From the NCBI GenBank assembly GCA_964386765.1, contig CAYLUC010000002.1, positions 2,202 to 66,201 on the forward strand: a stretch of DNA of 64,000 nucleotides, in the 5' to 3' direction. Source of the DNA: an uncultured Candidatus Poseidoniales archaeon. GTDB taxonomy: Archaea > Thermoplasmatota > Poseidoniia > Poseidoniales > Thalassarchaeaceae. Shown here piece by piece: positions 26,539-35,922 of the stretch. The notes under the pieces were generated by a model that worked only from the letters and a program-made list of their open reading frames with translations, searched no databases and was not told the DNA's origin. Made by a program: the position numbers and the translations under genes. Each line of letters begins with the position of its first letter. Position 1 is the first letter of the stretch.

Positions 26539-29500
26539 ATGCATCTTATTCGAATTGAACTCGAGAACTTCAAGTCATTCGGAGGAGAGGTTGTCATTCC
26601 ATTTGACATGGGATTCACCGCTATCACTGGCCCGAATGGAAGCGGGAAATCAAATTGTGGGGACGCCATTCAGTTCGTTCTCGGACCCAAATCTACCAAG
26701 GCCCTCAGAGCATCAAATGTCTCAGAACTAATCTTCAATGGTGGAGGCAGGGGCAAGGCAGCCAAGCAGATGTCCGTAACTCTAGTTTTCGCAAATGTAC
26801 CAGAACACGATGGACAAAGAAGGCTAAGGGTTCAGGAGGACGAGGTCTCATTCACCAGGTCAGTAAGGCTGAATCGAAAGGGCGATCCAGTTTCATCGTT
26901 CAGGATAGGGGACAAACCGTCTACTGCCACAGAGATGCGGAGGGTCCTAGCTGAAGCAGGGCTTAGGGGAGATGGATACAATATCGTTCTGCAGGGTGAC
27001 GTCACTAATCTAGCCACCATGACCCCTCACAAGAGGAGAGGGGTGCTCGAAGAAGTCGCTGGAGTAACGGCTTATGACGATGAGATTCGAAGGGCGAACA
27101 ATCAGAGGAAGCATGTCGAGAATAGCATAGAGACAATAGATCTGCTAGAGGTCGACAAGAAGAAACAGCTCAAACAACTTGGGAAAGAAAGAGAGCAGGC
27201 TCTCAAATTCAGGGAGTTGAAGGAAGAGAGAGACAAGTCGAAGGTCACCCTTTACCAGTCTAGATACAGGAATAAAATTGACGAGGTCAAGTTGCTCGGA
27301 AATGAGAGATCGGACTACACGGATAGGGTGCGGGAACTCGACTCCTCAATAACAGAGGGAAATTCGAATCTTGTGAACTACGACGAAGAGCTCGTGAGAA
27401 TTGAGGCGGAAATTAGGGAAGTGCTAGCGGGAGACGCACAGAAGCTGATTCAAGAAATCCGTCAACATGAAATTGACATAGAGACGGGCTCCGATAGAAT
27501 CGGGGACCAGCGCAAGGTAATTTCCGAGTCAAAGGAAGAGGTCAATGTTCTGACGACTGAAGTGGAAAGGGCACACAGCGCGAGGAAGCAAGCAAGCGAC
27601 TCTCTGGATGAGGCTAACAACGCTCTTTCACTTGCTGACGAATCACTCATTCAGGCGTCCGAAGAAGAGAAGGAAGCTAGGAGGGCCATCGAGTCCGGCG
27701 ATAAGCATGCAAGAGACCTAAATCGAGCTCTAGGAAAGGCCGCCGATACAGTTTCTGCCGCTCAGGATAAGAACTCACAAGCTCAACTAGAGGCGGATAG
27801 GGCTTCTCAAGCATCCCAAATCGCCTCGGAGAATTTGGCAGATTTGGAGGAGAAATACGAGGAGGCCACAATGGTCAGAGACGATCTCGAACTTATCGGT
27901 GAAGACCTACGGGGCTCAGAAGGAGAATCTGACAGAGGGTCTCTGGCGGACGACTTCCGTAGGCTCCAGAAGCAGGAAAGCGAACTTAGGGCCGATAGAG
28001 ATAGATCTGAGACGAGACTAAGGGACGCAGAGAGAAACCTCAGCAAGGCCAAGGCGAGACAAGAGGCGAGATCCTCAGCACCCGGGTCAGCCCTAACTCT
28101 AGCAGCACTATCCAGACTAAGGGAGAGTGGACAGATCTCAGGTATTCTGGGCTCTCTAGGTGAGTTGACCTCACCGAAGGACCCCGCTCATGAGGAAGCA
28201 CTCGCAACAGCTCTCGGCAATGGACTAAGGAGCATAGTGGTGAGGGATGACGAGGTCGCCGCAAAGTGCATAGCATGGCTTCGCAAGAATAGTGGGGGAA
28301 GGGCTACTTTCTTGCCCCTCTCAAAACTAAAGTCATCAAGACCCCAAGGAAGAACGCTCCTTGTTGCTAGGAATCCAGGGATGATCGGTTTTGCCCATGA
28401 GCTACTCGACTATGACCAGGAGGTGGAGACAGCAGTTCTGTATGCCAGTCGAAACACGCTCTTGGTTGAGTCGATGGAAGTGGCAAGGAGGAATATGGGT
28501 GGAGTCAGGATGGTTACCCCTGACGGCTCTCTAATCGAGAGCTCCGGAGCAATGACAGGAGGATCTTCATCCAGGGGCAACAGGCCTTCATTTGGTGGTG
28601 GCCCAATTAGGAACTCAAGTCTGGAAAGGCTAGAAAGTGCAGTTCAGGAAGCGGATCTCCTCTATTCAACAGTGGATGCTGCACTGAGGGAGACCATGAC
28701 AAACATGCAATTACTCCGTGACAGGATTAATAATGTCGACGGAAGCGACCACTCTGTCAAGGTGAGGAATTGGAAAGCAGATATGGATAGGGCAACTAAG
28801 TCGGTAGCTGAGGCCGAGTCTAGGGTCATATCTGCAAAGTCCGAACTCGACTCCTCTGAGAAAACCAGGAAGGAGAAAGAATCCAATGCACTATCCGCTG
28901 AAGGCGAATTGAATGCAGCAATTGAGACTAGGTCACTGGCTGCAGAAGCGCTACAAGACAACACCCCTGATCACCTATCGGAGATCCTCAGGAAGGCCGA
29001 GCAGACAAGAACCAATGCTGAGAGAACCCGACTGGCGTCGGAGTCCTCCATCTCAATCAATCAAGAAAAACTCTCACTAATGGAAAGTAGGATTTCCGAG
29101 CTCGAGAGACAGCTCGACAAGCACAACACCGCCATAGAAAACGCAGAATCATCTATTACTACTCTCGAGAAATCCATCGAGAATTCCCGAAATGACCTTG
29201 AGGAACTTAAGACACAGTCCTCACAGTTCGATGAAGAGGAGAAAATACTGACAGACAAGAGGGACACTCTCTTCGAAGAGCGCGCAAGCCTCAGGGCATC
29301 ACTTGACAGCCTATCGAAGGAGAGGCAGACAATCAGGAGTAGAATCGATGAACTCAATGCACAGATTCAGCAGAAGAGGGAAGCTGTGGGCGAAACAGAA
29401 TCCGAGCTACTAGAGGCTGGTGTGGATATACCCTCTGAAGATGTACAACTACCAACAATTGCCGAGGCGGAAAGAGTGTTGCAGGGACTCGAACGCCGCC

Positions 29501-30465
29501 TCGGCAACCTAGGAGATGTCAACATGCTCGCCATTGAGCAGTACGATTCAACGGCAGAGAGAATTTCAGACCTGATGGAAGATGGCAAGACCCTAAGATC
29601 CCGCAGGGACCACTTAGTGTCCATAGCCGAGCAACTTGAGTCGGAGCGAAAGATGAGATTTATGACAGTCTTTGAGCATGTGAATAGTAACTTTAGCAGA
29701 GTCTACGAGATTCTTCAGCCATCAGGAAGTGGGAAACTCAGACTTGAGAACAAGAAGAATCCCTTCGACGGTGGATTGGACATGGCTTGCGTACCTCCCG
29801 GTAAGAGCAGAAACACAAGGAGATCCGCGCTTTCAGGAGGCGAGAAGTCAATGGCGGCATTGGCACTAATTTTCGCAATACAGGACTATGAGCCGAGTCC
29901 ATTCTACTATTTCGACGAAGTCGACCAGAATCTGGATCCATTCAACTCGGGTAGAATAGCCACCCTATGCAGAATAAGAAGTGAGAGGGCCCAATTTATC
30001 ATGGTGACATTGAGGAAGGTGAGCCTTTCTCTAGCTGACCATCACATCGGAATTACACATGCAGGGGACGGCTGCAGTAGAAGAATCACTGACTTCGATA
30101 GGGCTGCAGCAATAGAGCTCAGTGAAGAGCTAGAGGCAGAGGAGAAAGCCCAAGCCGAGTCCAAGGCAGAACTCGAAGCCATGCCTGAACTCCCGAAGCC
30201 CGAAGATATGCCGAAAGTCCCCGAACCTCTTGCCTCCCCGAAGAGCCTTGGTGGACTTGCTGACAGGGCTGGAGTCGAGGTCAATGGGGATGGGGAAGTT
30301 ACAGAATCGGAAAATAATGAGAGCAGTATAGAATCACTTAGGGAGAGGACCGAGGACTGGTCTGAGGACATCGAGGAAAGAAACCAGGTGGAGTTCCCTG
30401 ATGAGCCCCCCTCTTCAGAATCCGAGGTAGAAGAACTCCCGGAGGCCGAAGTAGAATCAGATTGA
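26539..30465 (+). CDS. smc: Chromosome segregation protein SMC
   Basis: The start is set at MHLIRIELENFKSF (ATG 26539), because the upstream part of the long ORF has no homology. Walker A GPNGSGKSN, long coiled coils, a hinge, and a C-terminal LSGGEKS signature with a Walker B DE. An acidic C-terminal tail of about 150 aa. Confidence 0.9.
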   Translation: MHLIRIELENFKSFGGEVVIPFDMGFTAITGPNGSGKSNCGDAIQFVLGPKSTKALRASNVSELIFNGGGRGKAAKQMSVTLVFANVPEHDGQRRLRVQEDEVSFTRSVRLNRKGDPVSSFRIGDKPSTATEMRRVLAEAGLRGDGYNIVLQGDVTNLATMTPHKRRGVLEEVAGVTAYDDEIRRANNQRKHVENSIETIDLLEVDKKKQLKQLGKEREQALKFRELKEERDKSKVTLYQSRYRNKIDEVKLLGNERSDYTDRVRELDSSITEGNSNLVNYDEELVRIEAEIREVLAGDAQKLIQEIRQHEIDIETGSDRIGDQRKVISESKEEVNVLTTEVERAHSARKQASDSLDEANNALSLADESLIQASEEEKEARRAIESGDKHARDLNRALGKAADTVSAAQDKNSQAQLEADRASQASQIASENLADLEEKYEEATMVRDDLELIGEDLRGSEGESDRGSLADDFRRLQKQESELRADRDRSETRLRDAERNLSKAKARQEARSSAPGSALTLAALSRLRESGQISGILGSLGELTSPKDPAHEEALATALGNGLRSIVVRDDEVAAKCIAWLRKNSGGRATFLPLSKLKSSRPQGRTLLVARNPGMIGFAHELLDYDQEVETAVLYASRNTLLVESMEVARRNMGGVRMVTPDGSLIESSGAMTGGSSSRGNRPSFGGGPIRNSSLERLESAVQEADLLYSTVDAALRETMTNMQLLRDRINNVDGSDHSVKVRNWKADMDRATKSVAEAESRVISAKSELDSSEKTRKEKESNALSAEGELNAAIETRSLAAEALQDNTPDHLSEILRKAEQTRTNAERTRLASESSISINQEKLSLMESRISELERQLDKHNTAIENAESSITTLEKSIENSRNDLEELKTQSSQFDEEEKILTDKRDTLFEERASLRASLDSLSKERQTIRSRIDELNAQIQQKREAVGETESELLEAGVDIPSEDVQLPTIAEAERVLQGLERRLGNLGDVNMLAIEQYDSTAERISDLMEDGKTLRSRRDHLVSIAEQLESERKMRFMTVFEHVNSNFSRVYEILQPSGSGKLRLENKKNPFDGGLDMACVPPGKSRNTRRSALSGGEKSMAALALIFAIQDYEPSPFYYFDEVDQNLDPFNSGRIATLCRIRSERAQFIMVTLRKVSLSLADHHIGITHAGDGCSRRITDFDRAAAIELSEELEAEEKAQAESKAELEAMPELPKPEDMPKVPEPLASPKSLGGLADRAGVEVNGDGEVTESENNESSIESLRERTEDWSEDIEERNQVEFPDEPPSSESEVEELPEAEVESD

Positions 30466-30474
30466 GGTGACAAT

Positions 30475-31476
30475 GTGGCAGTACTAGACGGTCAAGCAAT
30501 GAGGGATGACATAGTTTCCAGGCTCCTGGGGGGAGAGGCAGATTTGGCCACTAGCAAGTATCTGGATAGGATTTCAGAGTTAGCTTGCATGGAGGAGGCA
30601 GAACACCAATTCCTAATTGATCCATTTGACAGATCAGTGGCTCTGGTTTTTCAGATGTTCCAGTCAAGTGATTTGGATCCATGGGATGTCGACTTATCCT
30701 GCTTCCTCGAGATGTTTTCCAGCAGGATAGAAAATTCTGAAAACATCGATCTACCAACCTGTGGTCGTTTGATAAGGATGGCATGGTCAATACTCAAGGG
30801 ACAGGCATCGGACCTAATTGAGAGACAAGAAAGAGCACTCGACTTTGCAGATGAGGATGATAATTGGGAATTCGAGGGAGGGTGGGAGACTGACTTCGAT
30901 GATGCTGACTACAATTTCTCAGTCGGGGTCTTGTCAGGTGCCGCTGACGAGGTACTCCCATCAATGTTCGAAGGAAGAATCCACAGAGACGAGGGCCGCC
31001 CTGTAACTCTCGGCGAATTAATTCTCGGACTACAAGAAGCCGGGAGGCTTGCGGAGGAGCAGAGAATCAGAGAGAAGATTGCTGAGGAGAGGAGGGACGC
31101 ACTGTCCGTTGCAAGAAAGAGATTCAGTGGGAGTCTGCATGTCGAGGATTTAGAAGGGGACTTGGAAAGGACATGGGAGGCACTCATATCCAGGGCCAGG
31201 GGCAATGGAAGCAATATTTCCCTCGAGGATATCTCAAGTGAGTTGATGGACAGGTCGATGAATTCTGGAGTACAGGTCGAAGAGGCCCAAGCAGAAGCTC
31301 AGGTAACAGCACTGGTTTCCGCACTTTTCCTCACGAACAGGGGTTACACCGAACTGTCCCAGGAGCCTGGAAAAGATGGGACTATCACCCTAAAACCACT
31401 CTGGGAGGGCGATGAGACCTTCTCAGAATTAACAAACAGACTACACCCGAATGAAGGATCACTGGGGGGCCAATAA
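30475..31476 (+). CDS. scpA: Segregation and condensation protein A (ScpA kleisin)
   Basis: The DPWDVDL motif, an acidic central region and a C-terminal winged helix. It sits between smc and scpB. Confidence 0.85.
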   Translation: MAVLDGQAMRDDIVSRLLGGEADLATSKYLDRISELACMEEAEHQFLIDPFDRSVALVFQMFQSSDLDPWDVDLSCFLEMFSSRIENSENIDLPTCGRLIRMAWSILKGQASDLIERQERALDFADEDDNWEFEGGWETDFDDADYNFSVGVLSGAADEVLPSMFEGRIHRDEGRPVTLGELILGLQEAGRLAEEQRIREKIAEERRDALSVARKRFSGSLHVEDLEGDLERTWEALISRARGNGSNISLEDISSELMDRSMNSGVQVEEAQAEAQVTALVSALFLTNRGYTELSQEPGKDGTITLKPLWEGDETFSELTNRLHPNEGSLGGQ

Positions 31477-32102
31477 TGACTGAAGGACCACCCCTCTCTT
31501 CTCTACTGGAAGCCATACTCTTCGGGGCCGGACGTTCGATGTCAGTCGATGAATTGGCCAAACTCCTTGGAAAGAGAAACTTTCAGGTCTCTGAATCACT
31601 AGCTGAATTAAAGAAAGAGATGGAGGAGAGGGAGAAATCCGCTCTTCAACTATCGGAGGTAACTGGCAGGTGGATAATTGAGGTCAACCCGTCACTGTCA
31701 CAGTTCCTTCCCGACTCATTCAAACCCGAGATCCCACAAAGGCTCCTCCCTGCCGCCGCCCTGATTGCCTACCATCAGCCAATGCCTCAGGCACAACTAG
31801 TCGACATGCTCGGACAAAAAGCATACGACCATGTCAGGGATCTGGCTAACTTGGGGCTTATTGACAAAAGGAGGGAAGGCCTAACTCGGAGACTCACCAC
31901 AACCAGAAGGTTCGCCGAGTACTTTGGTTGCCCCGAAGTGGAATATCGAAAGGTCAAGGCATGGTTCAGGGGGGAGGCAGCCAAGTTGGGGCTAACTAGC
32001 GCCCAATTAGCCGCCTCACTAGCTCCTGAAGAGCAGATGACGATTGCCGAGTTCTCTGGCAATGAAGAAGTATCTGAGATCGAAGCTCAGGCCGAAGAGT
32101 GA
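31476..32102 (+). CDS. scpB: Segregation and condensation protein B (ScpB)
   Basis: LEAILFGAGRSMSVDELAKLL is the hallmark ScpB N-terminal winged helix. It overlaps the scpA stop. Confidence 0.85.
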   Translation: MTEGPPLSSLLEAILFGAGRSMSVDELAKLLGKRNFQVSESLAELKKEMEEREKSALQLSEVTGRWIIEVNPSLSQFLPDSFKPEIPQRLLPAAALIAYHQPMPQAQLVDMLGQKAYDHVRDLANLGLIDKRREGLTRRLTTTRRFAEYFGCPEVEYRKVKAWFRGEAAKLGLTSAQLAASLAPEEQMTIAEFSGNEEVSEIEAQAEE

Positions 32103-33440
32103 CTATTCCCCTCTTATTTCCGACAATGTCTTCTCCACTAATGCCATTGTTATCCTCTCACCGCCCTCCCTCACCTTTCTGGCCACGGCTTCTATTTCGT
32201 CGCCCTGTGCCCCGGAAGCAGCAACCATGTTCATGAGGTGCAATTTCATATGGCCTGCTTGAATTCCAACTGTGGCCAATGCTCTCAGAGCACCCAAATT
32301 TTGAGCTAATCCCGCCGCAGCCATGACCTTGGCAAGGTCATTCGCAGTTCTGAGCCCCAGGAGAGCCACGTTCGCCTGTGCACCAGGGTGAATTCTAACT
32401 GCTCCTCCCACTAATCCAACAGCCATTGGAATTTCTATAGAGCCGATAAGATTCCCATCTCCGTCCTTTTCCCAATGGGTCATTGAACCATATTCACGAC
32501 CATAGGCAGCATAGGAATGCGCTCCAGACTCTATCGCCCTCCAGTCCTGGCCGCACGCTATGGCGACTGGAGAAATGGCATTCATGATGCCTTTGTTATG
32601 GGTGGTCGCCCTGAATGGATCAGCTGCTGCGAAGTGATAAGCCTGAATCACCCCATCAATCACATCCGAGCCTCTTTTCGGGTCATCTCCTGAGTCAGAC
32701 ATCTCTTCGGGGGTGAATGTGGCACTCACCCTGGCCAGCCTGTGTACGGCTAGATTGCTGATGATTCTTAGAATAACAGTTCCTGATGACAACTCTTCAA
32801 TTCTGGGAGCTATTGTTTCAGCCATTGTATTGACAGCATTTGCCCCCATTGCGTCCCTGCAATCGACAAGGATGTGGACAATCACCATTGATCCAGAACC
32901 AGTTTCAATAATTCGAGCCTCTATGTCCCTACAGCCGCCTCCAAATTTAACTAGAATCGGGTCGACATCATTGCATGCGGCAATCAACTCCTCAGATGCA
33001 GACAATATGGAAGCTTTCGCAGCCTCAACATCTTCGCACCCTACGACTTGTATCTGGCCAATCATAACTGGCTCGTCGTTGTCCGACCTAAATCCTCCAC
33101 TAGCTTGGCATCTCTTGGCCATATTGGAAGCGGCCGCAACCACGCTCGCCTCTTCAACTACGAAAGGTATTAGGTAGTGCTCCCCATCAATGATGAAGTT
33201 CGTAGCAACACCTATCGGCAGCGAGTAAGTACCAATCACATTCTCAATCATTCTGTCCGCTGTCTCTTCATCAAGCTCTCCATTGGAAGCCCATGCGTCA
33301 ACCATGTCACTGTCCAGTCCGGCTATGCTAGCTAGCATATCCCTCCTCTCTGAAACGGATAGTTTGTAGAAACCCTTCAATCTGCTGTTGTCAACTGGCA
33401 TTGCTATCATTCCCTGTCGGCAGGAGGCGCCTTCTAACAT
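32103..33440 (-). CDS. hmgA: 3-hydroxy-3-methylglutaryl-CoA reductase, class II (bacterial type)
   Basis: DAMGANAVNTMAE, ENVIGTYSLPIGVATNF and GTVGG-like motifs, about 430 aa, like P. mevalonii MvaA. The start may instead be the internal MIAMP at 33410. Confidence 0.9.
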   Translation of the reverse strand: MLEGASCRQGMIAMPVDNSRLKGFYKLSVSERRDMLASIAGLDSDMVDAWASNGELDEETADRMIENVIGTYSLPIGVATNFIIDGEHYLIPFVVEEASVVAAASNMAKRCQASGGFRSDNDEPVMIGQIQVVGCEDVEAAKASILSASEELIAACNDVDPILVKFGGGCRDIEARIIETGSGSMVIVHILVDCRDAMGANAVNTMAETIAPRIEELSSGTVILRIISNLAVHRLARVSATFTPEEMSDSGDDPKRGSDVIDGVIQAYHFAAADPFRATTHNKGIMNAISPVAIACGQDWRAIESGAHSYAAYGREYGSMTHWEKDGDGNLIGSIEIPMAVGLVGGAVRIHPGAQANVALLGLRTANDLAKVMAAAGLAQNLGALRALATVGIQAGHMKLHLMNMVAASGAQGDEIEAVARKVREGGERITMALVEKTLSEIRGE

Positions 33441-33540
33441 TTTGCGGAAAGGCCTCTTCCAGATGCCCTTAGTTGAACCATCTCGAATTCTTCAAATGAC
33501 AGTGAATATTGGATCATTTCTCAAATTACCATGCTCTTTG

Positions 33541-33735
33541 GTTGCATTTTTCTCAAAATAAAGCGTTAATTTAGTCGTTAACGCTTTGTTAACGCATCTA
33601 TAAAGCGTTAGAAATACGTTAATGAATGATATTTGAAAACGATATACTGAATGAAAAATGTCTAATAATAATCCTTAGAAAAACGAAATAATACGTTAAT
33701 TCATTGTCTACTAAGCGTAAGTAAGCGTGAATGTT
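33541..33735. repeat. AT-rich intergenic repeat cluster (core GCGTTAA / ACGTTAAT in both orientations); candidate origin-recognition or regulatory repeats
   Basis: Copies are TAAAGCGTTAAT (33559-33570), CGTTAACGCTTT (33576-33587, reverse complement of the first), GTTAACGC (33588-33595), TAAAGCGTTAG (33601-33611), ATACGTTAATGAATGA (33614-33629), ATACGTTAATTCATTG (33691-33706), and tandem AAGCGT(A/G)A at 33713-33730. Confidence 0.45.
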
Positions 33736-33763
33736 ATGTACTCAACCACTAGACGGGTGGACG

Positions 33764-35623
33764 ATGGACCAGAGGGACATAGATCTTCTCGGCCTGCCTC
33801 CTTTGAGGGGAAACCCATTCGATTTGAGACCAATAGAAATTGAAAGAGCAGGAGACCTGGTTGGTAGAGATTATCTTCTTGCGAAATGGAGGGAGCACAT
33901 TGTCTCGAAGTCTCCGAGGATGGCGATACTCGTTGGAGACAGAGGATCAGGAAGGACTTCATTGATTCGAGCACTGGCATCCCAAACCAGCAGGAGCTTT
34001 GTTGGACAGTATTGGCCTGAGGAAGATCCCGTTGATTCAGTAATCAATGAGTTGACAATCCACTTCGGGGATTTTAACCCCCCCAAGTCAACTCAACTGA
34101 AGATAGATCGACTAGTGGGAAATCTAGGGCGTGAGTCCGAATCCCTCCCCTTGATAGTATTCGACTATCCCTCAGAAGTGGACATTTCACCGTTCCTCTC
34201 TCTTATTGCACCTGTCTTGCAGAGACTGAGGGCGTTCACGGTCGTTGTGTTGACTCCCTCCCAACTCTCATCCATCACTGAAGAAACATTGGGCATGTTT
34301 GACGATCCGGAGTTCCTCGAGGGGTTGACAACACAACAAATTCAGCAACTATCGGATAATCTGGTCTCACGCAGGGCCAAGGAGAAGTGGAAAATTAATG
34401 CAAGGTTGCTAGATGCAATTCGTGAGACTACGGGGGGAACTCCTCGTGACGTCATTAGGCTGCTAAGGGATCTCACGGATGAGAGGAGAGATGTGGGGTC
34501 ACATGGAACTCTGAAGAGGGTAATGAATTGGAGGGGCGATATTGTTGAGAATGAGGGTAGAACTAGTTTTGAGGACACTCCACAAATTGACGATACTTCA
34601 CTGCCCGAGATACTGCCAGAGGTCGCCAACCCTGATGTCACAGAATACAACGTAGATGTCGATAATCTCGCGAATAATGACGAAATAGTTGACGATTCTA
34701 CGACAGATTCCCCCGATTCCCCTGATTCATTCGAATATCTAGTGACGCCAGAAGAAGTGGCCAAAGAACCAGATCTAGAATTTTCTGAGGATATTTCTGA
34801 TGATCCAGAGGACCTCTGGGATGAAGTGGAAGATCATAGTGAACACAAACAAGAAAATATTCAGGCCCCAGAAAAACAAGGAACTCTCGAGGACTTCGTC
34901 TACGAACCCGGCACAGAGCCGCCAATGTTTGAAACTGGATTCGGTTTCAATCGCTTGGCGGCTAGATCAAGGAGCGCTCCCTCAAAGCCCACAACTTCAG
35001 ATGGAACTGAGATTATTGACGCCTCAAACTACCAATATCCCGAACCACGTAAAGCAGAACCACCGCCATTCCCCGAACCAACCGAAAATATCGTAGAGGA
35101 CGTTATTGAAGATTCATCAGCACCCATAGACACCACAGTAAGGTCAAATTCTGAATCAGGGGTCATGTCAACGGATTCGGCATATTGGTCAGTCGATGAA
35201 TCCTCGGCCTCAACTCTGCCCGATTTATCTCAAAATCCAATTCCAGAACCGCCCGGGGCAGTTTTTGGAATAGAAGAGGCCCCCCTCGAGGAATATTTGC
35301 CGGAAGAAGAAATTTCAGAACCAGTTGCCCCAAGGATAGCCCCCAGAATTTCAGTCTCTCCCAAGTGGGACTCAGATAATCCCCTTGACGAATCCAAATT
35401 AGGTTCATTGAATGAGGCAGAGATAATGATTCTAGAGGCATCAGCATCGAGGGAAATTTCTCCCTCTGACGCGGAACTTCAGGCCAGATTGGAGGTCGGA
35501 AGGCCAAGGCTGTCTCAGATATACAACGAACTATTCAGATCCGGTCTTCTTTCTGTTAGGAAACAGGGGAGAAAGAGACTTTTCAGGATTAGTGAAGCAG
35601 CGAACAGTCATTTTGGAGGGTAA
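33764..35623 (+). CDS. Divergent Orc1/Cdc6-like AAA+ protein with degenerate ATPase motifs, a long acidic disordered insertion and a C-terminal winged helix
   Basis: LVGRDYLLAKW...RMAILVGDRGSGRTSLIRAL aligns with LVGRDSELSEL...RAVIMGQVGTGKTVL of the canonical Cdc6 at 38116..39384, with the Walker A Lys replaced by Arg. PLIVFDYPSEVD is the Walker B equivalent and lacks the Glu. GGTPRDVIRLLRDL matches the Cdc6 sensor-2 motif G.AR.A..LL. Roughly 300 Asp/Glu/Pro/Ser-rich residues follow. The C-terminus (LSQIYNELFRSGLLSVRKQGRKRLFRI) is a winged-helix domain. Confidence 0.65.
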   Translation: MDQRDIDLLGLPPLRGNPFDLRPIEIERAGDLVGRDYLLAKWREHIVSKSPRMAILVGDRGSGRTSLIRALASQTSRSFVGQYWPEEDPVDSVINELTIHFGDFNPPKSTQLKIDRLVGNLGRESESLPLIVFDYPSEVDISPFLSLIAPVLQRLRAFTVVVLTPSQLSSITEETLGMFDDPEFLEGLTTQQIQQLSDNLVSRRAKEKWKINARLLDAIRETTGGTPRDVIRLLRDLTDERRDVGSHGTLKRVMNWRGDIVENEGRTSFEDTPQIDDTSLPEILPEVANPDVTEYNVDVDNLANNDEIVDDSTTDSPDSPDSFEYLVTPEEVAKEPDLEFSEDISDDPEDLWDEVEDHSEHKQENIQAPEKQGTLEDFVYEPGTEPPMFETGFGFNRLAARSRSAPSKPTTSDGTEIIDASNYQYPEPRKAEPPPFPEPTENIVEDVIEDSSAPIDTTVRSNSESGVMSTDSAYWSVDESSASTLPDLSQNPIPEPPGAVFGIEEAPLEEYLPEEEISEPVAPRIAPRISVSPKWDSDNPLDESKLGSLNEAEIMILEASASREISPSDAELQARLEVGRPRLSQIYNELFRSGLLSVRKQGRKRLFRISEAANSHFGG

Positions 35624-35628
35624 TAGGC

Positions 35629-35922
35629 GTGAATGATGGAGAATTAGTGACCAGGGAATTGGTTGAGAAATACTTGGCAATTACACGAGAGGCTAGAAAG
35701 AAGGCAACACCGTTAGTCAAAGAGGGAGATGAGCGTAAAAATCTTGATTCAATGCTGGAGATGTGCGACAACTATCACTCGGATGCCACTCATTTCATGG
35801 AGAAAGGCGACCTAGTCAGGGCCTTTGGAGCAATCAACTATGCCCATGCGTGGCTGGATGCAGCTGTGAGGATAGGACTGCTCGATGGGCATGGGGACGA
35901 TGTTCTATTCACCCTTCCCTAA
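35629..35922 (+). CDS. DUF357-family archaeal protein
   Basis: 97 aa. ...KGDLVRAFGAINYAHAWLDAAVRIGLL... matches the conserved core of the archaeal DUF357 family, from memory. Confidence 0.5.
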   Translation: MNDGELVTRELVEKYLAITREARKKATPLVKEGDERKNLDSMLEMCDNYHSDATHFMEKGDLVRAFGAINYAHAWLDAAVRIGLLDGHGDDVLFTLP

